The notes beneath the pieces were generated by a model. It made no database searches, was not told the DNA's origin, and saw nothing but the letters and a program-made list of their open reading frames with translations. Shown here piece by piece: positions 1 to 14,113 of a DNA stretch of 64,000 nucleotides. Source of the stretch: Lobosporangium transversale (lineage: Eukaryota); assembly GCF_002105155.1 (NCBI RefSeq), contig NW_019029003.1, positions 434,001-498,000 on the forward strand, written 5' to 3'. The translations under genes were made by a program, and so were the position numbers. Each line of letters opens with the position of its first letter. Positions within the stretch are counted from its first letter, which is position 1.

Positions 1-518
1 TACCACCCCTACTTCTGGATATCAGCCTAATCGTCGTTCAGTCATCATTCGCCCAGAAGAAGTTGCAGCATTGCAGGAGGGTCGCACCTATGTTTCACCT
101 GCCGCAAAGAACTCAGGACGAGGCAGCTATTCTAGCGATGAAGAGGCGGATGCCATTGCAGACACTCTTTCAGCCCTCGAGGGTAAGGCTAGTATGGGAC
201 ATGGTGTGAGTTATTCATCCAAAGCCCCTCACCGCCGGTCTATCTCCAGCGTCGATCCAAACTCTCTTGCTGAGTTTGCCGCTAAGCTTCCCAACCATAT
301 GCAGCCTGGCACCGGCTCTGCGGCCTTCCAGAATTTCGGACAAAGTCTTGTCAATAATGATGACGCTCGTGACCGCAGACGATACTCAACTTCGTTCAAT
401 TCTACGGTTGCGAGTCGATCAGCTATGACTGGACCAATTAGTCGACGTCTCTCAGCTGCGCCGGCTGTCAGGGAAGCTGATCGTAAAGAATGGCGTATAT
501 GTAAGTTCTCCCTCTCTC

Positions 519-549
<31 letters not shown>

Positions 550-3500
550 GTATTGTTCTTAATTTAAACAGAAGAGGTATCAAGAAGAAAAGTGGAAAGG
601 AAGAGCGATTTTATCTAAACGATAGTTTCTCTGCATGACTTCTTGGGCATCATATCATTTAGCTACATCACTGGCCTCTAATACAGGTCTGTCCAATAGG
701 GATAGTGTTAGTCTCAAGGAGAATGCGAATGGTCGTCGCCCGCTCTTCCAAGCTCATTTGACTTATTCAGATTTTCATTCACTTCTGACAAAACAGAAGC
801 ACAAATATGTTCAAGGCGTCCTCAGAATCAACAAACGTAACCGTTCAGATGCTTATGTCACAGTTGATTCTCTGCCAGAAGGCGATGTTTACATTTGTGG
901 AAGTAAGGACAGGAACCGTGCATTGGAAGGAGATGTTGTTGGTATTGAGCTTATCGATTTTGAGGACGTGCCTATCCAAAAACTAGAAGGCGGAAAGGAC
1001 AAAAAGAAGAACAAGCGTGCAGAGGATGTAGAGGAAGCTGGTGAAGCCGACGTTGAAGATATCAAACCCAAATATTGCGGCCGTGTCGTTTCTATTGTTG
1101 AGCGCTCATTAGTCCAAATGTTTTCAGGGACTTTAACTTTACAACGACCAAGTGGATCAGCAAAGAAAAATGAACGTCGCCGTCTAGATGATGATGATTC
1201 GAAGGGCCAACCCCGAATTGTCTGGTTCAAACCTGTATGATTATATCTTTTACGAATAAGATATTTATTATTTATTTTGCTGTTATTTACTCTTTTTTAG
1301 TTTCAGATAATTGATGGATATCTTCTTTCGATTTTCTATATCTGATTTCTCTAGACCGATAAGCGCGTGCCCTTAATTGCTATTCCTATTGATCAAGCCC
1401 CCAGGGATTTTGTAGAGAATCATATGGCATATGCCCATAAGCTCTTTTTAGCTACAATCAAACGTTGGCCTCTTAGCTCACTTCATCCTTTTGGGCATCT
1501 TGAACGTGAGCTTGGCGATATTGGTAATATTGAGATCGAGACAGAAGCTTTGTTAGCGGATAACAACGTCACTACTACTGCATTTGGCGAAAAGGTTGAA
1601 AAATGTCTCCCTGAACTTCCATGGGTTATTCCGGAGAAGGAACTGAGTAACCGCCGTGACCTTCGGAAGAGTTGTACCTTCACAATTGACCCCGCCACCG
1701 CCAAGGATCTGGATGATGCAGTGTCCTGCATTCGCCTCGAGGATGGCACATTTGAAATTGGTGTCCACATTGCTGATGTTTCCCATTTCATCAAAGTTGG
1801 TTCTGCTTTAGACAGAGAAGCTAAAGCAAGAGCTACTACTGTTTACTTGGTTCAAAAGGCGATCCCAATGTTGCCGACCGTACTCTCGGAGGATCTTTGT
1901 AGTCTGACAGTAAATGTCGACAGGCTTACATTTTCAGTGTTCTGGATCATGACTGAGAGCGGTGAGATTCTCAAGACCTCATTTGCAAAGTCTGTCATTC
2001 GGTCTTGCGCACAGTTATCATATGATGATGCTCAGCGTGTGATCACAACCGGTGCTCTCGACTCGAAGGTCGAAGTCTATAACCATCCACGGGAAGTTGT
2101 AGAAGAGAACATCAAAACATTTTTCGTAAGTATTTATTTATATTTTATAGCTTGTAATGGTGCGTGAATATGCTTTACAACACCATCGCCTTTCGCTCAC
2201 AATTTGCCAATATGATATCATATCGCTTTCGATAGAAATTGTCCATGATCTTGCGTCAAAAGAGGTTTGACAATGGCGCACTTTCCATCAATTCCATCAA
2301 GTTGGCATTCGAAACTGATGGACAGGACTCGCCTTTGGACGTGACTGTGCTTGAACTTAAAGAGAGTAATCGACTGATTGAAGAATTTATGCTCCTCGCC
2401 AACATGAGCGTTGCCAAGCAAATTTTTGACTTTTTCCCAGAACAGGCTCTTTTACGTCGCCATGAAGGACCCCTTGAGAGACGTATGGGTGACTTTATTC
2501 AGCACATGAACAAGATTGGACTGGAACTAGACGCATCCAGTGCAGGAGCACTACAGGCGTCCATGGACGCAATTCAAGATCCAGATGTGCGCAAAGTTGT
2601 TCACTTGTTGGCGAACAAGCCAATGCACCGTGGCAAGTACATTTGTAGCGGCATGCTCCCTCCTAGTAAATATCACCACTACGCATTGAATGCACCACTC
2701 TACACGCACTTTACCTCGCCCATCCGACGCTACGCCGATATTATCGTCCACCGGCTACTGGAGGCATCTTTGACTGGAGGTGAGTTGCCAGCTGACGTCA
2801 TGACCAGTCGATTAGGAGACTTGGAGCCATAGAAAGGACGGGTTGCTTGCAAATATCGTGGGGTTAGGGGGGAGAGGCCTTGATCTCACCAAATTTAGGG
2901 GACGAATGGAGGCGAATGGCATGTGCCTATGTGTTTCTTGCTTTCATTGATTTGCTCGTTCTTGAGAGGAAGGGGAGGCAAGGGGAGTAGAACCTGAAAA
3001 GAACATGCTTGATGAATATGAAGACTATGTTCACAAGTGGGTGGTTAGTGGATGTGGAACCGAGTGGTCGGTTCTAAAGAGGGAAAGAGAATGAACCATA
3101 AAGTTTTTCCAAGACGAGACGATGGACGCTAGAAGAGATGAGGACAGTGGCGGCAATTGTTTGCAGCGGGCTGCAGCATTTTGACAAGAGAAAAGAAAAA
3201 AGGATACACCTCTCAACCGCCATTGCTCCTTTTATTTTTTTGCTCCTCGCCTTGCCCTTTTTTTTTTATTTTTATTTTTATTTTTATTATTATTATTTTT
3301 TTTTTTTTGCCTTTCATATACCCCTTTTGTCCAACAGCAAAGTTTTGCAAAAAAGAAAAAAAGTTTTTTGATAAATCTTTCCATCGCTCTGACTCTTCTC
3401 TCCCTCCCTATTCCTTTCTTCTCTCTTTTACTACTATTACTATTATTGTTATTCCCATCTTTGTGTGTATGTGTCTGTGATTGTGTCATTAATTGATGCA

Positions 3501-4226
3501 ACAATATCTATTATAGATTCAAAGGTTTATCTAAACAAGGAAGCTTGCCAGAAGTGCGCCAACCATTGCAACCTGAAAAAAGATGCCGCCAAGCTCGCGG
3601 AGGAGCAGAGTAGCCACCTGTATCTAAGTGTTTTACTCCGAAAGATGACCGAGCAGAAAGGCATGGTGATCCGTGAAGGCATTGTGGTGCAGATTCTCGA
3701 TACGGCTTTTGATGTGATGGTGACAGAGTTTGGACTAGAGAAACGTGTACATCTGGATCAATTACCACTTGAGCGCTATTCTTGGAATGAGTCGACAGAG
3801 ACACTCAAGCTGTATTGGAGCACGCAGCCTTTCAAGACTCATGATGACATTATTGCCAAGGGTGGCGATAGCCAAGTAAACAATAGAAGATTATCTATGA
3901 CTTTTGCGCCATCTGGTTCACTACAAAGTGTTCGTCCTAGCGGCTTTGATGCGATGGGTGGACATCCTGACGATGCAACCAACGCATACGATGATGAGCG
4001 CGGATTGTTTGATGACGATAGCTTTTCAGAGGATGATAATGAGTCGCTGGCAAGGCAGCCTAGACAGATGGATATTGATGATGATGCGAATGATGAGCTA
4101 GCTAATAATCTACAAAAGATCAAGATGTTTGGACGCATTCAAGTTTTGATCACCCCGGATACAAGCGTGTCTCCTCCAGCGATTAAGGTAGTGGCTATAA
4201 ATCCTTTTGCTGCTGGCGCACTGTAA
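1..4226 (+). CDS. DIS3L2: Dis3L2/Ssd1-family RNB (RNase II/R) exoribonuclease, 5' end outside window; exons ~<1-500, 663-1234, 1355-2125, 2236-2779, 3517-4226
   Basis: CSD motifs (GVLRINKRNRSDAYV, DRNRALEGDVV), RNB catalytic motif FTIDPATAKDLDDA with all acidic residues, LIEEFMLLAN, HYALNAPLYTHFTSPIRRYADIIVHRLL and a C-terminal S1-like region. GT-AG junctions link the ORF fragments. Confidence 0.9.
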
Positions 4227-4494
4227 ATAATTGAACATGAGGGACAATGTTGCTCATTTTTATTCACAAAAAGAAAAGACCGGAAAAAACAATAAGTTTA
4301 CGCCTGTAAATAAATAAATTGAAATATAAAACATTTTTAATACACATGTAATAGATCATTACATTCTCGCGTGGCACGGGTAAGCAATTAGGAAAGATGT
4401 ATCCAATCACTGTTTATAAATTGAACCTTATTTATCAGTTTCAGTTGTGCACCTCGATGGTGTACCTGAAATGATATTTTTCTTTCATCATCAT

Positions 4495-4600
4495 TCTTAT
4501 TCTCATTCTCATTCTTCTCAATCTCACTCTCATTCTCCTCATTCTCCTCATTCTCATCCTCATTCTCCTCATTCTCCTCATTCTCATTCCCATTCTCCCC
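4495..4600. repeat. Degenerate (CTCATTCTC)n/(ATTCTC)n microsatellite
   Basis: Direct 9-/6-nt periodicity in intergenic DNA; it explains spurious ORFs 4388-4633 and 4447-4686. Confidence 0.85.
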
Positions 4601-4980
4601 CTCCTTCTTATCATTCTCTCTTCCCATCATCATCTTTCACTTATCTTTTTTCCCCTTCACAGCTTATTTTTTTTATCTGTGACTGAAGCACTGGTTTTCA
4701 ACATTAATAGCTAACAAAGTCGACATAATATTCTTTCTTTCACACATATTCATCGACCCTTCATCTCGAGGGCATTGAAGGTATCAAGCACCTTTTAATG
4801 TTGCTTGCCAATGAGCCCCTTTTTCGTACATTATTATCCTTTTCATTCTCATCTGTAATACCTTAATTTTTTTAATGTTTCATTAGCCCTTCTGTAACGG
4901 TATCTGGAAAATTACAGTTGAAATATACTCGCCGCCAACGTCCCTTTAATTAAAACACACACAGTAGTTAATACTACAAA

Positions 4981-7900
4981 ATGTCATCACGTTACAATGG
5001 CCCAGGAGCGGGCCTCCGTGGACAACCTCGTGCGCCAAGGCAGCGTTCCAGGCCACGCGATCATACGGACAATACCTCAGTAGGTTATTATTATTATTAA
5101 TATCTCTTTGTTGAATAAGAGTGCAATGGATCGATGGCACGAGGAAAAAAAGTGAGATAGATTCTCAAAAGGATGCTGTGTGTTTAATACTCAACTGCTA
5201 TTATCAATTCCATTAGTACTCTAACACCGATAGACAACAAGCATACATAGACAAAGATATTCCTGATGTACCTAGCCCGCGCTCTTACCAGTCGTCCCAC
5301 CAGCGGCAATGGAGTGATGCTTCGTCTCTGCAAGGTGGCACATTGCCACCAACACATTATCAGCAACAACAACCTTACCAAGGTGCGCAAAATTACCCAT
5401 ACAGTAATAACCATCAGTCCCCTTACATGGGTCCATCGTCTGGATCGCCAGCATCTCCACCTCCCTTGTCCTCATCGCCATCCTCATCCTCTTCATATTT
5501 TTATTCCCCAGACCAGCGTTCGCATTCTAATGCATATCCACCATCACAGCGACATCAACAATATCAGCATCAGGGCTCATCTCAAAGTAAATCAGCTTCA
5601 CGCGCTGGTGGTCATGCTTACAGTCCAGGAGGTCGTCACGACCAAAGTCCTATGATGTCGCCCACTACCCCTGACAGCTGGAGATCTCCACCTGGACCAC
5701 GTGGATATGGATCTCAGGCTCCACAATACTCCTCCATAAATCAGCATCGCCAACATCCGCATCAAAAGCCTTATCCAACTGCATCTTCCGTCTCGAATGA
5801 TGATCATCTTGGTTTTCAGCATCGACCAAGCAACCGTGGTCATGAATATGATTCAGACGATTATTACAATCGATCTGGTGGCCGCAATGGAGCCCCTAGC
5901 TATGGCTCCAGTCAGGATCAGGGACAGAACTGGTATAATGATGATCGAGACCGAGGAAGGAGTGAGAGAAATGAACGAAAGGAACCAACTCTACGGCCCA
6001 AGCCCCATACTTCAGATGAGTGGTCCAGATCACCTACGGGAACAGAGAATGAGACCGAGATTCTTCCCTGGAGCGATGATGAAGCTATTGTAACGAAAGC
6101 GATTCGATCTCCGCCTACAGAATACTTGAACGAAAAGACGTTACCTCCGATCCCTAGTAAAGGAGCAGTGACAAATGTTGATGCCAGAGTTAATGTTAAT
6201 TATAACGCTAGTGGAAGGAGCATGGATTCTGATATGATCAAGGTCGAAGTCGGAGAAACAACCACGGTCATCCCAACAACAAGTGAAAGCTTCGGCGTCA
6301 ACTTTGTTAAGAACATACCCAGTTCACCCTCTATGGCTTTGCGATACAATAATAGCAACATCAACAACGTTAATACCTCATATCACCAGGCACCTACTGG
6401 CGCGATCCAAAGTATGGCAGGAGCGGCCTCCGCCTTGAGAGCAGCAGCTGCGTTAGGCAATCAAAAAACTCTTCAAGATGAAGCACCAGTTCGGCTCCCT
6501 CGCTCCACAGAAAAACCAATGTCGTCAGAATGGGATGGCCAACGGATTAGTCTTGACGACATGCTCTCAAGCCCCCCAACAGTCATCCAAGACAGTCGTC
6601 AACAAGCCATTAACAGTTGGCGCACCTATCCTCCCCTCCATCCTCGCGAAGATAATAGTGAGAAATCCTTTGTGGATTTGAAGGGCAAGCGACGAAGTAG
6701 TTTACCAGACAAGTTTGTACCCAATTGGAATGAGCACACAGAGAATTGGAGGAATAGCATCGGTCAAAGGCGGCCCTCCTGGATGGCAGACAGCAAAGGT
6801 GGCTTCTATGAAGCTGCAGATAACGCCATTAACACTGAGATTGATCCCTTGGCGCGAAAACCATCATGGGCCAAGGATAGACAGGTGCCTGAACAAACGT
6901 CTGTCTCTACCAATGCGATGAAAGATCACCAAGACAACTATAGAGACACAGAGACTGGCAAATTCAAGCGTTTATCAGATCAAGGTACAGATCGCCTTCA
7001 TCGTCGATCGCGTTCTTGGTCTCCACCTCCTGGCCTGATCCGTAATGACGCCGTTAAGGAATCAGGCCATTTGCAAAGTGATCAGGCTGAATATGAGACG
7101 AGCACCGTTCCTTCAAATGTTTGGCGACACGATTCATATGCGTCGACCATCTCTCAATCTCGTTCCCGATCGCGATCTGCTTCTTCCCAAAGGCGGTCAC
7201 GCGATTTGAAATCCCGAGGCTCGTATTCTAGGTCAAGATCTCCATCGTTGAATTCACGAGACAGTTCAAGCTCACGCTCGCGGTACAGATCCCGATCCTG
7301 TTCGCGATCAAGATCTCTCTCTCGTTCCCGTTCCCGTTGCCGTTCCCGTTCTCCGCGGCCCCATAGCCGTGGCTCTGACGAATTCGACGGTATCGAGGGC
7401 TCAGTAGATACAGGGCTACGAAAACACGGCTCTACTCGTTTCTCTTGGCGTTCTATAGACGATGCATCTCCAAACCCTAGACGTTCTTGGGAAACAACGG
7501 CATCCTTAGCTATTAATACAGATGTCAAAGGTTATGGATTTGAAACCCACAACATGTCAAATTCAACTTTAGAGGGTAGAGAACCGGTGTCGCGGTCAAG
7601 CAAGGGTACACTGATCAGCTCAGATTCGGACAGTCAAGATTCACCTCCACTTAAAGTGCAATACGGACGCAGAGCCCTTCAAGATGATGATGACGATGAT
7701 AACCAGACTGTTTCATCCAAATATCCGGTATCAATTATCTCTACACTTAATCTACCCCCTGCTACTTCGCCCACGTCACCTCCGATACCGCCTATACCAA
7801 GCACCTATCCATCAACTGCGGCCTCTAGCCCGTATTCAAGCTTTGCACCACCACCGATACCGGACTCTCCGGCGCTTACCGGGACCCAGAGCCAATCTTT

Positions 7901-10900
7901 GATGACATCGGTGACAAATGTATCAATCGAGGCTACCATTGCCACGATTCAAAGCTCCAGGGTTTCTGTAGAAAGTTTCAGGACCGTTCCTGGCCAAGAT
8001 CAGGATGTAGAATTGGATTTTGAAGCAGATACGATATATGATCGTGGTTTGCCTCCTATCTCATCGTCTTTTGTTTCCATGACGACAGTTCGGGGCGATG
8101 ACGACAGTAGCAGTAGTAGCAACAGAAGTAGCACTACTAGTAGCACTGTTCAGGCGTCCACTGCTCCTACATCTGCACCTCGCTCCAATCCTCTTAGTGT
8201 TACTACCAAGGAATTGAGAAGGAACGGATCGTCCACAAATTCTGCAAGCCCTCTCTCTGCTCGCTCTGCTCGCTCCTTTATGTCACCATTATCTGCACAT
8301 TCAGTCACGTCAATATTGTCTGCATCGCCGCCCCCTCAGAGAGCCCCACCTCCCATTCCAGTCATAGACTCGAACTTTGACTCGGCCTCGCCCACTGTTG
8401 GTTCTGGGCTCTTTAATAATACAACTAAGCGCTCGGGCAGTGGTGGAGGCGCGCGTGGGATGCGTTCTGGCTTGAGCAAGCAAGTTCTGCCTGCGAATAT
8501 CCCGCCACCGTCTGATACTCCAGTTGGTGGCGCTCAAAAACCATCTTATGGAATCATTCCTCCACCAATTCCATCTTCCTTCAACAACCCCTCTATGAAT
8601 GGTGACTCGGCTGGTCCGTTATTCGCAAGGATGGGAGCTGTCGTAACTCCAGCTGTAGCAGCAACAACATCTGCAGTTCAGATTCAAATGTTAGCGGACG
8701 AAGATCAGAGTAAATCTCAGATAGGCGCTATTACAATTGAGGGTGATGAGCGCCTGTTGACACGTCTCAATAACCGGATTGCTCAACTGGAGAAGGAGCT
8801 CGAATTTGCTCAACAAGATCTGGAAGCTAGCCAAGATGATGCACAGGAGCTACAGAGCAAGGTGAATGAGCTAGAAAACGAGATTCAAGAACTGAAAATG
8901 CAGAATCCGCTTTCCAGAGTTAAATTAACTGATGACCACCAGAAGGCCCTTGCCCTGGAAAAGGGAGAAGAATCAAAATCTGCACGCGAGACTTGGGAAC
9001 AAGAGCGTGCTCAGCTTCTCAAAGATATGAACCGCCTTCGCGAGGAGCACAAGGAAGAACTAGAAGAGAGCGCACAGCAAGCGAGATCCAAACATGAACA
9101 AGAATTGGAGCGTCTGACATTAGATCATGCAGCTGCCTTGAAAGATCAACTGATCAGAGTTACAGAAGAGCATTCCAAAGCCTTGGAGATGCAAAGAGAA
9201 TATTTGCAAGCAGATCACCAACAGGCTATCGATAACCTAACGAATGAGTTGAACTTGCTCGGAATAAAGCATACTCAGGACTTGGAGACTCTACGATCTG
9301 AACATGAGACTTCCCTTACATTAGTTCAAACCGAGATTAATGAGCTTGGAATTCGATTTGAAGTAGCAGAGAAATCACTGTCGACTGTGACTTTAGAACG
9401 TGATCAGGCTGTTAAGGACCTTCAGCATCATAAAAAGGAGACCGAGTTGGCCTTAGATCGCCTCGAAATTGTCCTTGCGGAAGATAAGCGGGCTCATGCG
9501 CAGCTCGTCCAGGGCCTTGAGGGGAAATCCAAGCGACTTCAGATTCGAGTCACGGAGCGAGAGTCACAGCTGCGAGAATTAATGCAAGACAATGTTCAAA
9601 TTGTGGAGGAGATGCAGAGACGTGAAGAATCGTGGGAGCAGGAGCGGATACTACTTCGATCATCTGCAAATGAAGATGAAAGTGCTCGTGAGACGAGATT
9701 ACAGGAGATGCATGAACAGCTCGTGACCATGACTGAATCCAAACGACAAGCCGACATGCAGTTCCAAGGCATTGTCAAGGGCTTACTTAGGGAAGCATCT
9801 GTCCATAAGAAAGAGCTCGCAGAACGCCAGATGTTGCTGGATCAAGAGCGAGAGAGCCATGAACAACTTCAACAGCAGTTGGGAACCATTCAACAGGAGG
9901 TAGAGACACTTAAGAAGGCAAAGCTGACGCTTGAACAAGAGGCATTGGCCTCTCAAAACAAAACAGAAGCTCTTTTGCACGATAAAGAAGCACTTGAAAG
10001 AGAGAAACAAGCTCTAGAGCAAGAGAAGAAAGCACTTTTGCAAGAGAGGGATTCTACAAAGGAGCAATGGGCTGCGCTAGAAAATAACCAGAAAGCTATA
10101 GAATCTCAGCTGGAAGCTCAGAAGCGAAGTGATAGCGAGGCAATGCAGAATATTCATGATGAACTCTCAGAGCGTTTGCATCATCAGGAGAAGCTGCTGG
10201 AGGCTGAGCGTGCAAAGATTCAAGAGCTCGAGCGTGCTCTAGAAGAGAAATCCGCGACAGCTAAAAACGATCTACAGCAAGACGAGTTTATGTGGAAGAA
10301 CCGTTTGGATCAAGTCGAGGCAGCTTTGAAGACTAAAGAGGCCCAAGTGCGCAAGCTGGAACAGGAAGCGGACGCGACAATGAAGATTCAGACAGATTTG
10401 ATTCAGAGCATGGAGCGTGATGCTGCTAATACGCAAAAGAAACTGGAGGCAAGTCTGGCTGCCAAGATGCACGAGATGGAACAGGCGTTTGAGGAGGAGA
10501 AGAGGCGTATAAAGCAGCAGACGCATGATGAGCTGACACACCAGTACGAACAAGACTCTGTACAGAAAGAACAGCAGCTCGAGTCCATCCATCAGCAGGA
10601 ATTGGAGACAGTGAAGCAAGAGTTAACAATCATCTTTGAGCAGCAGCTCCAAGAATTCAGAGATCAACATGACTCTGCTCTCGAAGAATCTAACATGTTG
10701 ATGAAACAACAACAAAGATTGATCCAGGAACAACTTGAGAGGCTGCAGCAACAACTCGAGAAAGAAAGATCGGAGAAGGAAGCTGCAATTAACCAATCGA
10801 GAACCAAGTTTGGACAAGATCTGCAAGAAGTTGAGCGGTCAAAGATGAGCCTCGAACGTAAATTAAACATGACAAGGGAAGATCTAGAGGAGCTGAATAA

Positions 10901-11126
10901 GATCAGAGACGAGCTTGAGGACGATCGTGAAAAGTTGCGTATGGAGGTGGAACGATTGAAGAACGTGGCCAGCCGCTCGAGTAGAGGGGGTCAATCACCG
11001 TCTGGAGGAGGAGCATGGGAGACAGAGCGCCGGAGTTTGCAAGAGCGGATACACAAGTTGGAGGGTGAGATGCAGATCATACTTGAGAAGAATATGCATT
11101 TGACCATCGAGCTCAGTATGCGTTGA
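4981..11126 (+). CDS. Large hypothetical protein (~1,950-2,000 aa): disordered Ser/Pro/RS-rich N-half plus long C-terminal coiled coil
   Basis: 1927-aa uninterrupted ORF 5343-11126, open back to ~5235. A probable short first exon starts near 4981/4997 with a donor near 5080 (start uncertain). RS-dipeptide block ~7150-7370; E/Q/L heptad-rich region from ~8750. Confidence 0.75.
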
Positions 11127-11585
11127 GAGTCATAATGAAGACTCTATTCTTCCTCTTTCTGTTCCCGCATGTGTAGCATGGAGTAAAAAAAAAAAAAAAA
11201 AAAAAAAACACACACAGACACACCAACTAAATAAGATGTATTTGATGTATTTGTGAATGTTGAAAATGTCCAAACAAACAGGTGTTTGTATGTAAAAATG
11301 TCCTTGTTTAGTATATTTATATAATATACCTTTGACAGAGTACCTGATTCACATCTTCTCCACGTGAAGATGGATGGACAGGGATCCATGTGAGTAATAC
11401 ATTACAGCAGTGAGACAGGATCTTGAATATGTCCTTTTCTCCACATTCGATATTTGCTCTTCTTTCTCTTTTTCTTTTCTATCTGCTTGTTTGCTTGCAG
11501 CTGAATCAACTTCTTATTGTTCATCGTTCATTACTCATTCTCATCTTCCATTCCTTCACATTCTCACTTTACTTTACTTTCTCAT

Positions 11586-11616
<31 letters not shown>

Positions 11617-11667
11617 CTCTCTTATCCCTTGAATTCAGTTGAATTTGCAGATCATATTACATTTCTC

Positions 11668-14025
11668 ATGTTGGGACATATTGCTGGTAGACCCTCGCCC
11701 TCGTGGGACAAGATCCAAGCGGTCGTCGTGCTCTTCATGAGGTTAGTACCCTTTTAGTGTCATATCTGTCAATCCTCATTTGTATGGCGAACGTTTTTGT
11801 CTGATCTAATTACTATTCTTTCTCTCTCGACATTATACTCTTTATCGCACGTACCTATTCCTAATGCAATAGCTACATCGCTTTAAGGAAATGCCCTCCA
11901 AATGGCCCACGCCTATTCCAACGGTTGCACCATCTACTTAAAAGGTTCACGCCCTGGCAGATCCTCATTGGGGCCCTGACCACTGTCTATGCCACTCATC
12001 ACGCAGATATTCTTCTCGGGTTGACACCTGCAGAGCCCGAAAAAAAGATGGTACACAAACACTCTAGCTGTATTACAAATATTCCTAAAAAAAAAGTAAG
12101 ACCGAAAGGGAATTTTATTTACAGGAACGAATTTCGATCTGTGCCCTCTTTTTTTTATTATTATTATTCTGAATAATATAGTTCTCGCGTCGATACACTC
12201 GTGGATACACACGTGGGTTATGGATCTTTTCAGCTCTTGATGCCGGGTTTTTCATGGCACAGAACATCCGTCCTAAAATCCTTCGGGATACTATGTCGGC
12301 TATCTTTTCTGTTTATTACCTGTTCTTCCCCAAGCGTGCACTTGAAAAGAATAATTTAATGATCAGAACCATCACGGCCAAACATATGCGTCTCTCTTGG
12401 GAAAAAATGCTACATCCTCTTATTCGTCTCATGACATGGGTGAATGCACCTCGATTGGGTATTAGCAAAACCATCACAGTCAAGCTCTCGAAGGATGCAG
12501 GATACCATCAGGATGCACTCGTTACATTGACCTTGTTCTTCAGAGGCACTGAAGAAGAGCTCAAGACCCAGGAAGCCTTTATTTATAACATCCCAGGTGG
12601 AGGGTATGTTATTTCAAAAAAATTCATTTATCTAGTTTATTAATCTTGAAATGGAGAGGAGACCTTGATTTTTTTTTTTTTTTTTTTTTTTTACTTGCTA
12701 TGAATGCACTCTAATAGCTATGTAGCCATGAACCCTCGTTGTCATGCCGATTACCTCATGGCTTGGGCAGGACAAACCGGAATACCAATTATCAGTATTG
12801 AATATAAGAAAGCCCCTGAATATCCCTTCCCTCAAGGCGTTTACGAATGCTTTGACGTATATAAATTGCTTACTGCCACCAACGGCACTTGTATTGGCCT
12901 TAATGGATCTGGTATCCCACGTATCGTCCTATCAGGAGACTCTGCGTAAGTAATATATGTCTGCCGGTCGGTTTCACCTCTTTAAGTTGATAAAGTCCTT
13001 CATTCAACACACATTCAATCACATCCTAATAGAAAAATATATTTTTCGTCCTCTAGAGGTGGAACATTTGTCGCATCGGTGATGAATATGATTATTGAGC
13101 ACACTCCAGCGTTGCCTCGACCTGTTGGTTTGCTGATGATATATCCATGCATGCTGGTTGGGTTAGATTTTTGGATTAGCAATAATGATTTGGCTGTCGT
13201 GGAAGAGGAGATTGCACGTGGACCTATTCCTTCTGACCATTTGACGTCCAGACCAGGCCGTGGCGATGGCATGACTTTGAACAGCAAGGCAGCATTCATG
13301 GATGATCAGATCCTTGGCTCTACATTCGTAAGTTTGGCTGGGTTATTGAGCCATTAGGTTAAAATGATGTTGTCACTTTGGTATTCGTTATACAGGCTGT
13401 CTCGATAGTTCTTCTGATTTTTTTTCTTTCTTTCTTTCAGCTTCGAGCGCTAATGGTCATGTATATTGGAGGAGATCCTACACTTGACCATAAATCAAAC
13501 TACTTTCTTTCGCCTATTCATACACCTGACCATATCTTGGCGCAGTATCCACGAACATATATTCTTTGTGGCGAGAAAGACCCATTGGTAGACGACTCCA
13601 TCATTTTCATGGCAAAACTGCGTCGTGCTAAGCGTGGTGCCGCAGTTGATCTACAGAGTGATACCTTGCGTATTGTCAGCGGCATCTCGCATGCATTTTT
13701 GCAGATGACCGGCATTGTTCCAGAGATGAGAGATTTAGTCAGAGTACTTGGAGAAGAGTTATTAGATATGGTCAAGACCCCAGTGGTTCCTCAAAAACAA
13801 GCGTGGGGAGAGGCTAGTATAGCATCTTTGTCAGAGGAAGAAAGTATAGGAAGCTCAGGCTTGGTGCAAGTCAAGACCCCTCCAAAACCCATTCCAAATC
13901 CAAGAAATATCAATCCTTTTGTTGCCGAGTGGGAGCAAAGGAATACTAGGGATGCTGTAACTATTTTTGAACATCGCCGTGTGGCCTACTTGGATCAGCT
14001 AGGCATCGACACACACGAGGATTAG
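11668..14025 (+). CDS. Hormone-sensitive lipase-like alpha/beta hydrolase (multi-exon)
   Basis: N-terminus MLGHIAGRPSPSW, oxyanion-loop motif IPGGG|YVAM, IEYKKAPEYPFP, nucleophile elbow VLSGDSA|GG, CGEKDPLVDD and SGISHAFLQM (Ser-Asp-His triad). Confidence 0.85.
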
Positions 14026-14113
14026 TTTTTTTTTTTTTTTTTTTGCTTTCTTTAGATCTACATACAATGGCTAATAATATGCTATGATACATCGACGACG
14101 CGCAATATCCCAT

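Noticed and set aside
3031..3504. Several Phe/Lys-rich short ORFs
   Set aside because: They lie in the long Dis3L2 intron and arise from T/A homopolymers.
4388..4686. His/Ser/Pro- and Glu/Asn-repeat ORFs
   Set aside because: Translations of a microsatellite.
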